Assembly: GCA_965649225.1 (NCBI GenBank) | Contig: CBFGJX010000005.1 | Coordinates: 1-64,000 of the forward strand | Length of the DNA: 64,000 nucleotides | Reading direction: 5' to 3' | From: a candidate division WOR-3 bacterium | Lineage (GTDB): Bacteria > Hydrothermota > Tepidihabitantia > Tepidihabitantales > Tepidihabitantaceae | Shown here: piece by piece, positions 30,081 through 38,719 of the stretch | Layout of the letters: every line of letters starts with the position of its first letter | Numbering within the stretch: the first letter of the stretch is position 1 | Notes under the pieces: model-generated | What the model was told of the DNA's origin: nothing | Database searches by the model: none | What the model saw: the letters and a program-made list of their open reading frames with translations, nothing else | Program-made: the position numbers and the translations under genes

Positions 30081-31317
30081 TGTCAGTTCCTTTCGCGCAC
30101 AGTTCGGCAATCAGGCCGACGAGCTGCTGGGCAAATTCAGTCTTGGGCAGGCTGGGGAAGCGCCGTGACCGCCCGTCGGCCCAGATGACGGTGGGTCGGA
30201 TTGTGTCGCTGCCGGCAGTGCCGGTGGGATTGGCGACAATCAGATTGAGCCGGTAGCGGTGCAGTTTGGCGCGGGCCCGGGCGAGACTGTTGTCCTGAGA
30301 GAATCCGACCGTCAATGGCCGACGGTCAAGCTTGGCGACTTCAGCCAGGATGCCCGGGGTGCGTTCGAGTGTCAGCCGCAGCGTCGGGCTGTGAAGTTTG
30401 GTCCGCTCCGGCCGTCCGGGCCGGTAGTCGGCGACGGCGGCGCACATTACCAGCACATCAGTGCGCCGGGCGAGTTTGATTGTCGCCAGTCGCATCGCTT
30501 CGGCAGTCGGCGCCGAGAGAACCTTGACCGGGGGCGGAGTTACCGACAGCGCGCCGGCAATCAGGGTCACATCGGCTCCGGCCGCAGCGCAGGCATCGGC
30601 GACGGCACAGCCGAGCCGACCGGAAGAGCGATTGGTGATGATGCGCACCGGGTCAATCGGTTCCTCGGTCCGGCCGGCAGTGACCGTCACCGAGCGTCCG
30701 GCAAGCGACAGAGACCGGTCAGTCAGCGCCTGGCGACAGGCGGCGAAGATCTCAGCCGGCTCCGCCATTCGTCCCGGTCCGACGGTGCCGCAGGCGAGTT
30801 CGCCTGAGTCCGGGCCGACTATGCGGCAGCCGGTCTGGCGCAGCCGGGCGATGTTGGCCTGGACTGCCGGGTTGAGCCACATGGCGTTATTCATTGCCGG
30901 GGCGAGTATCAGCCGGCCGGAGCGCCGGGTGGATTCGGGAACTGCCAGCAGCAGCGTTGACAGCAGGTCGTCGGCGATGCCGTTGGCCAGCTTGCCGAGA
31001 ATATTGGCGGTTGCCGGGGCTACGACCACCAGTCCGGCCTGGCTGGCGAGGTCGACATGCTCGACCCGTCCCCATTCGGCACGGCGGGCCGGACGGTGAC
31101 GCGGAAACAGCTCGCAGGCGACCGGGTTGCCGGTCAGCGCCGCAAACGACTCAACTCCGACAAAGTGCCGTGCCGCCCGGGTCATTACTACCGTGGTGTC
31201 CCAGCCGCTGTGGTCAAAAAGCCGGACCAGCTCGAGAGATTTCCAGGCGGCGATGCCGCCGGAAACACCGAGCAGAACGCGCAATCGGGCCGAGCCGTTC
31301 GGCGACGAAGGCAGCAT
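30070..31317 (-). CDS. coaBC: Bifunctional PPC decarboxylase/synthetase
   Basis: GVSGGIAA.K, APAMN..MW, LACG..G.GRM, TAG.T.EPIDPVR.ITNRSSG. Confidence 0.96.
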   Translation of the reverse strand: MLPSSPNGSARLRVLLGVSGGIAAWKSLELVRLFDHSGWDTTVVMTRAARHFVGVESFAALTGNPVACELFPRHRPARRAEWGRVEHVDLASQAGLVVVAPATANILGKLANGIADDLLSTLLLAVPESTRRSGRLILAPAMNNAMWLNPAVQANIARLRQTGCRIVGPDSGELACGTVGPGRMAEPAEIFAACRQALTDRSLSLAGRSVTVTAGRTEEPIDPVRIITNRSSGRLGCAVADACAAAGADVTLIAGALSVTPPPVKVLSAPTAEAMRLATIKLARRTDVLVMCAAVADYRPGRPERTKLHSPTLRLTLERTPGILAEVAKLDRRPLTVGFSQDNSLARARAKLHRYRLNLIVANPTGTAGSDTIRPTVIWADGRSRRFPSLPKTEFAQQLVGLIAELCAKGTDNAG

Positions 31318-31334
31318 GGCCGGCGGTCAGCCCA

Positions 31335-31592
31335 CTATAGCGGCTGACGCCAGGCCGTCTCCTCGACGCCCTCGCGGGACAGCGCCTGGATATCGGTCTC
31401 GGTCAACCGGGTGTACTGCAGTTCGCCGCGCAGCACCGCTTCCAGTGCCAGCTCGTAGGGAGAGCGGGGCAGTTCAATTTCATCGCGGTGCATTTGTTCA
31501 ATCAGCCGACGGGCCTCAAGCGCGGCAACATTAATCGCCAGGTACTTGTTCGGGTAGTGCTGGCAGAGTTTTTCCGGTGATACAACCTTCAT
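31335..31592 (-). CDS. rpoZ: RNA polymerase omega subunit
   Basis: NKY..I.VAA.EARRL; gmk-rpoZ-coaBC synteny. Confidence 0.85.
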   Translation of the reverse strand: MKVVSPEKLCQHYPNKYLAINVAALEARRLIEQMHRDEIELPRSPYELALEAVLRGELQYTRLTETDIQALSREGVEETAWRQPL

Positions 31593-31593
31593 T

Positions 31594-32217
31594 TCACTTT
31601 ACTCCTTTCCCGACCGGCAGTCGTGTGAGGCGCGAAACTCGCCGGCGTTCGGCAGTGATGATCGCCAGTACTTCGCTTACTGCCTGCTCCAGCCGGTCGT
31701 TGATGACCAGATAGTCAAACTCAGGGATCGCGGTCAGTTCTGCCGCCAGTTCGGCTTCCCGGCGGCGAATGACCTCGGCCGAGTCGGTGCCGCGGTCACG
31801 CAAGCGGCGGGCAAGCTCGCGCCGGTCCGGCGGCAGGACGAAGATCCCGACGGTTCCGGGCAGTGCCTGTTTGCATGAGCGCATGCCCTGGATGTCCAGG
31901 TCGGCAATGCAGTCTTTGCCACGGCGGAACGCGGCGAGAACCGGCTGCCGCGGTGTGCCGTACCAGTGGTCGTAGACAAGCGCCGATTCGAGCAGCGCCC
32001 CACGCCGCCTGAGTCGGTCGAACTCGGCCGGGCTGTAGAAGAAATAGCTGCGGCCGTTGATTTCGCCCCGGCGGCGGGGTCGGGTTGTTGCCGATACCGA
32101 GTAAACGATTTCGGGGTCCCGGGCAACGACACGACGGCAGATGCTGGTCTTGCCGGCTCCGGACGGTGAGGAGACAACGACAAGGAACGGGCGGTGCCGG
32201 GGGCGGTTACTCGACAT
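31594..32217 (-). CDS. gmk: Guanylate kinase
   Basis: SPSGAGKT, SVSATTR..R.GE..G..Y.F, YGTP. Confidence 0.97.
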   Translation of the reverse strand: MSSNRPRHRPFLVVVSSPSGAGKTSICRRVVARDPEIVYSVSATTRPRRRGEINGRSYFFYSPAEFDRLRRRGALLESALVYDHWYGTPRQPVLAAFRRGKDCIADLDIQGMRSCKQALPGTVGIFVLPPDRRELARRLRDRGTDSAEVIRRREAELAAELTAIPEFDYLVINDRLEQAVSEVLAIITAERRRVSRLTRLPVGKGVK

Positions 32218-33082
32218 TGCGAACCTGCTCCTTGAGCTTCTCAATCTCACCCTTGATCTCAATTGCCCGGCGTGAGATTACCATATCGCGGGCCTTGGCG
32301 GCGAGTGTGTCGGTCTCGCGCAGCATTTCCTGAGTGATGAAGTCCAGTTTTTTGCCCGAGGTTGCGGCACTGCGGAGGGCGCGCCGGAACATCGCACAGT
32401 GGCTTTTCAAGCGGACGCATTCTTCGTGGATGTCGACTTTTTCGCTGATGAAGGCGATTTCTTCAAGAATCCGTTTTGGCGCCGCCTCGACCCCCAGTTC
32501 CTTGACCTGGCACAGCAGGTTGTCACGTCGTTCCTTGAGGCGTTCCGGAACACGGCGTTCGATGGCAGCGAGGGCCCGCTGGATACGAGCGATGCGACCG
32601 CGCAGGTCGCGAACCAGGGCCACACCCTCAGTTTTCTTCATCTCGATAAGCCGGCTGATAGCGGTATTGATGACCGGCCGGCATGCCCGCCACAGCCGGC
32701 TGTGACTGGCGTCAGCCTTCTCTGTTGTTACGACGCCGGGAAAACCGAGCACGTCGCGCAGTTCCGGTTCACCTTTCAGGCCGTAGCGGCGCCGCAGTTC
32801 CCGGGCCAGCGTCAGATACTCTTTCGCTAGCTGGTGGTTCAGGCGCAGACGGGCCATCGCCGGTTGCTCATCCAGATAGACACCGAACTGGATGTAGCCG
32901 CGTCGAATCCGGCGGCGAACCAGCTCACGGACCTGGCCTTCATAGCCGCCCAGCGCCGGCGGCAGCCGTGGTACGATTTCGAGGAACTTGTGATTCACGG
33001 AACGGATATCGACGGCGAGATGGCTGTGCCAGGGCTTGAGGGTTGCCTCGGCGCGGCCGACGCCGGTCATGCTGCGGATCAT
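32207..33082 (-). CDS. yicC: YicC/YloC family endoribonuclease
   Basis: [41 protein letters not shown]. Confidence 0.95.
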   Translation of the reverse strand: MIRSMTGVGRAEATLKPWHSHLAVDIRSVNHKFLEIVPRLPPALGGYEGQVRELVRRRIRRGYIQFGVYLDEQPAMARLRLNHQLAKEYLTLARELRRRYGLKGEPELRDVLGFPGVVTTEKADASHSRLWRACRPVINTAISRLIEMKKTEGVALVRDLRGRIARIQRALAAIERRVPERLKERRDNLLCQVKELGVEAAPKRILEEIAFISEKVDIHEECVRLKSHCAMFRRALRSAATSGKKLDFITQEMLRETDTLAAKARDMVISRRAIEIKGEIEKLKEQVRNVE

Positions 33083-33534
33083 GCTGCGGTTACCTCCGGT
33101 TCATCCAGAATCAGTGTGACCGGTCCGTCGTTGACCAGCTCGACTTGCATGTGAGCACCGAAGCGGCCGGTACGGACCGGTACACCCAGGCAGCCGAGTT
33201 CGGATGCGAACCGCGCACACAGTTCGGCGGCACGTGTCGGTTCGCCGGCCCGCGTAAACGACGGCCGCAGCCCGCGGCTGGTGTCGGCATACAGGGTGAA
33301 CTGTGAGACAACCAGCGCGGCACCGCCAACATCAAGCAGTGAGCGATTCATCCGGTCCTGGTCGTCGGCGAAGATTCGCAGGCGCGCGATCTTCGAGGCC
33401 AGCCGGCGGCAGATTGTCTCATTGTCGTCCGGTGCGACAGCGAGCAGAATCAGCAGTCCCGGACCGATGGCACCGACTGTTTCGGTGCCGACCAGCACCC
33501 GGGCTGAGCTGACACGTTGCAGTACGGCGCGCAT
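33079..33534 (-). CDS. dtd: D-aminoacyl-tRNA deacylase
   Basis: [19 protein letters not shown]. Confidence 0.97.
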   Translation of the reverse strand: MRAVLQRVSSARVLVGTETVGAIGPGLLILLAVAPDDNETICRRLASKIARLRIFADDQDRMNRSLLDVGGAALVVSQFTLYADTSRGLRPSFTRAGEPTRAAELCARFASELGCLGVPVRTGRFGAHMQVELVNDGPVTLILDEPEVTAA

Positions 33535-34128
33535 CTAGCGTTTGTGGATGGCACGGACAAGCGCTCCGATCAGCCGCTGTCCCTGCCTGGCGTCACTGGC
33601 GGTGATGAATGGGCCGTCAACGACCAGTTGGCGAAAACTGAATCGGGCGCCGGCCTTTGTCAGCATCTGGCGGGCATTACGGTCTTGAAAGACAGCGGCC
33701 CGTCGTCCGACGAGGACACCGGCACGAGCCAGGGCAATCGGAGCGATTCCCAGCGCCGCCACCGGCCGACCGGCGGCAGCGAATTCCCGACAGCGGACGT
33801 GGAGCAGTGAATCGTCCCAGTGCAACACCATGCCCGGTCCGCCAACGAGTACCAGCGCGGCGAAACTGTCTGCCGGCAGCGCGGCCAGCGACCGATCCGG
33901 CCGGATGATTACCCGGCCGGTGCTGATGGCTGTGGCAGTGTCGATGCTCGTCACCGTTACCGTAAACCCGTGGCGCGCCAGGGCGGTGGACAGGGCCTCG
34001 TACTCGTCGTCGGCAAAAAACTGGCGGGGCAGGAACAGTGCTACCGGCAGTTGCGGGCCGGAGTCAGCGGCGTCAACAGCGCTCGCGCCAGCCAGCACAA
34101 CGATCAGGGCGATGATTCGCAAGGACAC
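33535..34128 (-). CDS. Secreted DJ-1/PfpI family protein lacking the catalytic Cys
   Basis: F.D.EY, LVGGPG, VAALGIAP, DGPFITA; signal peptide; likely leaderless GTG 34128. Confidence 0.82.
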   Translation of the reverse strand: MSLRIIALIVVLAGASAVDAADSGPQLPVALFLPRQFFADDEYEALSTALARHGFTVTVTSIDTATAISTGRVIIRPDRSLAALPADSFAALVLVGGPGMVLHWDDSLLHVRCREFAAAGRPVAALGIAPIALARAGVLVGRRAAVFQDRNARQMLTKAGARFSFRQLVVDGPFITASDARQGQRLIGALVRAIHKR

Positions 34129-34135
34129 AAACACA

Positions 34136-34163
34136 AGCATATTGCCGGTGGCAGTTCAGTCAA
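34136..34163 (-). promoter_or_regulatory. sigma70-type promoter, leaderless
   Basis: Minus strand TTGACT-16 bp-TATGCT, in-frame GTG 7 nt downstream. Confidence 0.6.
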
Positions 34164-34296
34164 GCCGGAGGGTGGACGGATAGATTGGGCTTGACCGTTC
34201 GGTTACCGGGAGGATACAATAACGGAATGAAAGCGCAGCCAGGTTGGCTTGTCCTGCTGAGTGCGGGCAAAACAGTCCCGGCCGGACCGGGGGGTA

Positions 34297-34887
34297 ATGA
34301 GCGCTGATTGCTGCAGCTGGTGCGGTCGGCGCGCCGAACGGTTTTGTCCGGCCGCCGGCGGGCTGGTTTGTTCGCTTTGCTGCGGCCGGAAGCGACGCCG
34401 GATGGTCGACTGTCCGGACGACTGTCGTTATCTGGTGCAGGCCCGTCGGCAGGCGGCAGTGCAGCTGGCGGCGCTGGGGGGAGATCCGGTTGTGGAGCGG
34501 ACCTGGCCGGCGCTGGTGCACAATCTGCGTCTGGCACTGGTGCTCGCCCGCAAGGGCCGGGTAGATGGATTGACCGATGCCGAGGCGCACAAGGCACTGT
34601 CGGGTGCGGCCGATACTTTCCGCGCCCGGGCTCGCGGGGTGATATATGATTTCAAAACCCCGGATTTTCGAGTTCAGCTGGTTGCCGACGAGTTGTTGAG
34701 AGTGGCCGGGCTGCACGAGCGCGGCGAACAGGGTTTTCAGCTCTGCCGTGCCGACGACATCAGGTCGGTACTTTCGTATCTGGCACGACTGGCCGAGCGG
34801 TCGGTCGCAGCTGGTCGCGGACCGGGGCACTTTCTGGAATTGTGTTTGCTGGGAACAGGGCGCGATTTTCTGCGGAGTAACCATTGA
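34297..34887 (+). CDS. Hypothetical protein with Cys-rich (Zn-binding) N-terminus
   Basis: C..C....R.CPA....CS.CCG..R....CP.DC.YL. Confidence 0.75.
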   Translation: MSADCCSWCGRRAERFCPAAGGLVCSLCCGRKRRRMVDCPDDCRYLVQARRQAAVQLAALGGDPVVERTWPALVHNLRLALVLARKGRVDGLTDAEAHKALSGAADTFRARARGVIYDFKTPDFRVQLVADELLRVAGLHERGEQGFQLCRADDIRSVLSYLARLAERSVAAGRGPGHFLELCLLGTGRDFLRSNH

Positions 34888-35093
34888 AGCGGACTTTCGA
34901 CGAAAACAGCACGATTGAGGAGATTCTTGCGGCAGCGCCGGCGGCGGCACGAGTTCTGGTGGAGTTTGGGATGCCCTGCTTTGTCTGCGGTGAGCCGGTA
35001 TGGGGTACGGTCGGCGAGTTGTGCCGGAAGTACGACAAAGACGTCGCGGTTGTCTTGGACCGGCTCAATCGGCTTGCTGCTGGTCGAAACTGA
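34884..35093 (+). CDS. DUF1858-domain small protein
   Basis: TIEEIL...P....L..FGM.C..C; TTG start overlaps the upstream stop. Confidence 0.8.
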   Translation: MKRTFDENSTIEEILAAAPAAARVLVEFGMPCFVCGEPVWGTVGELCRKYDKDVAVVLDRLNRLAAGRN

Positions 35094-35213
35094 CCGGCCA
35101 ACGGCCGGGCCGGGGACTGCGTCTGAGTAAGTGTTAGCTGACGGTTCGGCGACCAGACAACTTTGGGAGGTATCCCGCTGCCGACCGCGAAAGCGAACAG
35201 GAGGTGATTTTCG

Positions 35214-36731
35214 ATGACCAAGAGAATTTCATTCGGTCTGGTCGGAATGATTGTGGCGCCGGCGGTTCTGGTTGCCTTTGTCATCGGTGTGATTGCCGGC
35301 GGAGTGATCCGGTTGGGGCCGAGGTCGGCTCGGGCAGAGGATTTTCAGTTTGCCCGTGCCCCTGCTGGATTGACTGATGTCGAACGAAGTCCTTTTGTGC
35401 GTGTGGCGGAACTGGTACTGCCGACGGTTGTGCATATATCGGCGGAACGGGTGGTTCGGGCTGCCGGGCGGTCCGGACAGAGCCAGCCGCAGAGTCCGCT
35501 GGAAGAGCTGTTTCGCGATTTCTTCCGCGACTTTCCGGAAATGCCCACCGAGCGTCAGACCAGTGCTCTGGGGTCGGGGGTTATTGTCAGTCCGGCCGGC
35601 TATATCGTCACGAATAACCATGTCATCGCCGGTTTTGACCGGATCAGCGTTCGACTGCACGATGGCACTGAATTCAAGGGCCGGAGTGTAAAGGTAGTTG
35701 GGCGGGACCCGAAGACCGATCTGGCAGTATTGAAGATCGAAAGCGACAAGCCGTTGCCGGCGATCGCGCTGGCCGATACCAATGACATTCGGGTCGGTGA
35801 GTGGGCAATTGCTGTCGGCAATCCGTTTGGTCTGGAAGGGACGGTTACCATCGGGGTGATCTCGGCCAAAGGACGGTCCGGCTTGCCATTACCGGAAGGC
35901 CCCAGCTATCAGGATTTCATTCAAACCGATGCCTCAATCAATCCCGGCAACTCGGGCGGAGCGCTGGTTAACATCCGGGGCGAGCTGATTGGTATCAATT
36001 CGGCAATCCGTTCCCCGGTCGGGGTAAATGTCGGCATTGGTTTTGCGGTGCCGGTTGATCTGGTTCGACCGGTTGTCGAACAGCTGATCAAGCAGGGTCG
36101 GGTCGTCCGCGGCTATATGGGAATCAGGCCTCAGGAAGTGACCGAGACAATTCGCAAGGCGATGGGGCTTGAGGACACCCGTGGGGTACTGGTGGCGGAG
36201 GTTGTTGCCGGCGCCCCGGCTGAGGGCGCCGGGCTGAAGCCGGGCGATGTAATTGTCCAGGTTGATGGCGTCAAAACCGAGGGAGTGGAGCATTTCCGGC
36301 GTCAGATCGCGGCACTGGCACCCGGGACAACGGTTACTCTGTCGGTGGTGCGAGACGGCCGAAGATTGACGAAGTCTGTTAAGCTGGTGGAATTCCCGGA
36401 AGACGAGCAGCAGTCCGGCAGACCGGCGGTCGATGATAACGGCGGCAGTCTGGGAATGACAGTGCGTTCGCTTACCGCCGAGGAACGGGCAAATCTCAAG
36501 ATCAGCTCAGGGGTAGTTGTGGAGAATGTTGCAGCCGGAGGAGCGGCGGCAAGTGCCGGTGTTCAGCGCGGCGATGTGATAATGCAGGTGGCGGGCGAGG
36601 ATGTCAGCAGTCCGGCCGATTTCGCCCGACTTGTGCGGCAGCAGCAGGGTAAGGGCCGGCCGGTGCTGCTGCGAATCCGGCGCGGCGGGGCGACACTGTT
36701 TATCGCCGTTGACGTTGATACCGAAGAATAG
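35214..36731 (+). CDS. degP: DegP/DegQ (HtrA) serine protease with two PDZ domains
   Basis: LGSGVI, TNNHV, DLAVLKI, INPGNSGG; SD AGGAGGT. Confidence 0.95.
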   Translation: MTKRISFGLVGMIVAPAVLVAFVIGVIAGGVIRLGPRSARAEDFQFARAPAGLTDVERSPFVRVAELVLPTVVHISAERVVRAAGRSGQSQPQSPLEELFRDFFRDFPEMPTERQTSALGSGVIVSPAGYIVTNNHVIAGFDRISVRLHDGTEFKGRSVKVVGRDPKTDLAVLKIESDKPLPAIALADTNDIRVGEWAIAVGNPFGLEGTVTIGVISAKGRSGLPLPEGPSYQDFIQTDASINPGNSGGALVNIRGELIGINSAIRSPVGVNVGIGFAVPVDLVRPVVEQLIKQGRVVRGYMGIRPQEVTETIRKAMGLEDTRGVLVAEVVAGAPAEGAGLKPGDVIVQVDGVKTEGVEHFRRQIAALAPGTTVTLSVVRDGRRLTKSVKLVEFPEDEQQSGRPAVDDNGGSLGMTVRSLTAEERANLKISSGVVVENVAAGGAAASAGVQRGDVIMQVAGEDVSSPADFARLVRQQQGKGRPVLLRIRRGGATLFIAVDVDTEE

Positions 36732-36961
36732 GGGCTGCGACTGGCAGATGTTGACCGGTGGCGGCTTTTGGGTAAGAATGGGCAAGAGCGAAAGGAGCAG
36801 CTAGCGACCAATACACCGTCCTGAATGGACAACCCGGAAGCGACACGGACCGAAACCGGTCCGGACAGTGTGGTAGTAGATACTGAACCTCGGTGGCGTC
36901 AGCCCCGGGTGGGATTTTGCCCGGCGGATTGCACCGCCGGGTTCTCTGTGGAGGCTTGTTT
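36732..36961 (+). ncRNA. Candidate structured leader/attenuator upstream of folD (family unassigned)
   Basis: Several hairpins plus a terminator-like CCCGGCGG-ATTGCA-CCGCCGGG-TTCTCT directly before the SD. Confidence 0.4.
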
Positions 36962-37840
36962 TTGAGTGCTGTAATCATCGATGGCCGCAGGATTGCCAAG
37001 ACTATTCGCGCTGAGGTGAAGGAGCGCGTCAGCGTTCTGAAACAGCGCGGTATCACTCCCGGATTGCGGATCGTTCTGGTCGGAGATGACCCTGCGTCAC
37101 TGGTGTATGTCGGGGCAAAGGAGAAGGCCGGGAATGAGGTCGGGATTGACTGTCAGATTGTTCGACTGCAGGCTGAGTCAGCGCTGGACGATATCGGGGC
37201 GGTGGTGGAACAGTGCAGCAGCGACCCGGCGGTGCACGGTGTGATAGTGCAGTTGCCGCTTCCCGGCAGGCTTGACCACCACGTTGTGCTGGACCGACTT
37301 GATCCGACCAAGGATGTTGACGGGCTGACGGCGCGCAGTCTCGGCGCTCTGGTTTCCGGCCGGAACGGGTTTCGTCCCGCCACGCCGGCGGGGATTATCG
37401 AGTTGCTCGACCGTTACGGTTTTTCGCCGGCCGGGAAACGGGTCGTTATTGTTGGCCGCAGCGAACTCGTTGGCAAGCCATTGGCTAATCTACTGCTGCT
37501 GCGTGGAGCACGGGGCGACGCTACCGTGACAGTCTGTCACACCCGGACTGCTGATCTTGCTGCAATGACCCGCACTGCCGAAATCCTGGTGCTGGCAGCA
37601 GGGCAGCCGAGGCTGGTGACGGGCGAGATGGTCAGCGAGGGGGTGGTCGTGGTCGACGCCGGCGTGAACCGGGTCGAGGACCGTCTTGGCAGACGTCTGG
37701 TCGGCGATGCGGATTTTGAAACGGTGGTCCAGCGTGCCGCGGCCATTACCCCGGTGCCGGGCGGGGTCGGGCCGATGACAGTGGCGATGCTGCTGCTGAA
37801 TACGGTGATTGCGGCGGAGGAGAGTGTCGGAAAGGGTTAA
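36962..37840 (+). CDS. folD: Methylene-THF dehydrogenase/cyclohydrolase
   Basis: IIDG, Y...K, VQLPLP, KDVDG, GRSELVGKP, TPVPGGVGPMT; SD GGAGG + TTG. Confidence 0.97.
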   Translation: MSAVIIDGRRIAKTIRAEVKERVSVLKQRGITPGLRIVLVGDDPASLVYVGAKEKAGNEVGIDCQIVRLQAESALDDIGAVVEQCSSDPAVHGVIVQLPLPGRLDHHVVLDRLDPTKDVDGLTARSLGALVSGRNGFRPATPAGIIELLDRYGFSPAGKRVVIVGRSELVGKPLANLLLLRGARGDATVTVCHTRTADLAAMTRTAEILVLAAGQPRLVTGEMVSEGVVVVDAGVNRVEDRLGRRLVGDADFETVVQRAAAITPVPGGVGPMTVAMLLLNTVIAAEESVGKG

Positions 37841-37843
37841 TGC

Positions 37844-38716
37844 GTGAAAGCTGGACTGGAAGCTGCAGAGCCGGCAGAGGTCATGGCGGCAATCGCCGCC
37901 GACCGACGACTGATTGACCGCGAGCTGGACCGGCGGTTACGTTTCGGCCGCGAGGTGCCGGCTCGGCTGGCCTTGGCGATGCGTTATGCTGCACTGGGGC
38001 CGGGCAAGAGAATCCGACCGGTTCTGGCACTGTGGGCGTTCCGTGCAGCGGGTGGACGACGCGATGAACACGTGTTGCCCTTCTGTTGCGGAATCGAGAT
38101 GATCCACGCTTTCTCACTGGTGCACGATGACCTGCCGAGCATGGACAACGACGATTATCGTCGCGGCCGGCTCAGTCTCCATCGCCGATTCGATGAAGCG
38201 ACGGCGATACTCGCGGCCGACGGATTGCTGGCCTTTGCGTTCGAGACCTTTGCCTCCAGCCCGGCGCCGGCTGCACGCAAGATCCGGGCCGTAACGCTGG
38301 TGAGCCGGGCGATTGGCCCGGCCGGGATGACCGGTGGTCAGGTTCTGGACATCGCCGCCGGTCCGGCAGCAATGCGCCGAGTTGCGGAGACTCAACGCAA
38401 GAAGACGGCGGATTTTATCGCTGCGGCGTTGACGGCGGGTGTTGCCATCGCCGGGGCCGGGTTGCGGCGCCAGCGGGCGGTTTGGCAAGCGGGCTTGGAT
38501 CTCGGCCTCCTGTTTCAATACACCGACGACCTGCTTGATGCCGAGCAGGCCAGCGACGGCATGCGGCCAACGATGGTCAACCGCTACGGCATTGAAGGGA
38601 CGCGCCGGCGGGCTCTGCTTGCGGCCGAACGGGCCCGGGAGGGGTTTCTGCAGCTGGGGCCGGCGTGGAGACTGGTGGCGGCGTTGCCGGCGCTTTTTCT
38701 CCAGCGACGGAGTTAG
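37844..38716 (+). CDS. ispA: Polyprenyl (farnesyl/geranylgeranyl) diphosphate synthase
   Basis: GKRIRP, SLVHDDLP.MDNDDYRRG, KT, FQ.TDDLLD. Confidence 0.93.
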   Translation: MKAGLEAAEPAEVMAAIAADRRLIDRELDRRLRFGREVPARLALAMRYAALGPGKRIRPVLALWAFRAAGGRRDEHVLPFCCGIEMIHAFSLVHDDLPSMDNDDYRRGRLSLHRRFDEATAILAADGLLAFAFETFASSPAPAARKIRAVTLVSRAIGPAGMTGGQVLDIAAGPAAMRRVAETQRKKTADFIAAALTAGVAIAGAGLRRQRAVWQAGLDLGLLFQYTDDLLDAEQASDGMRPTMVNRYGIEGTRRRALLAAERAREGFLQLGPAWRLVAALPALFLQRRS

Positions 38717-38719
38717 TCG

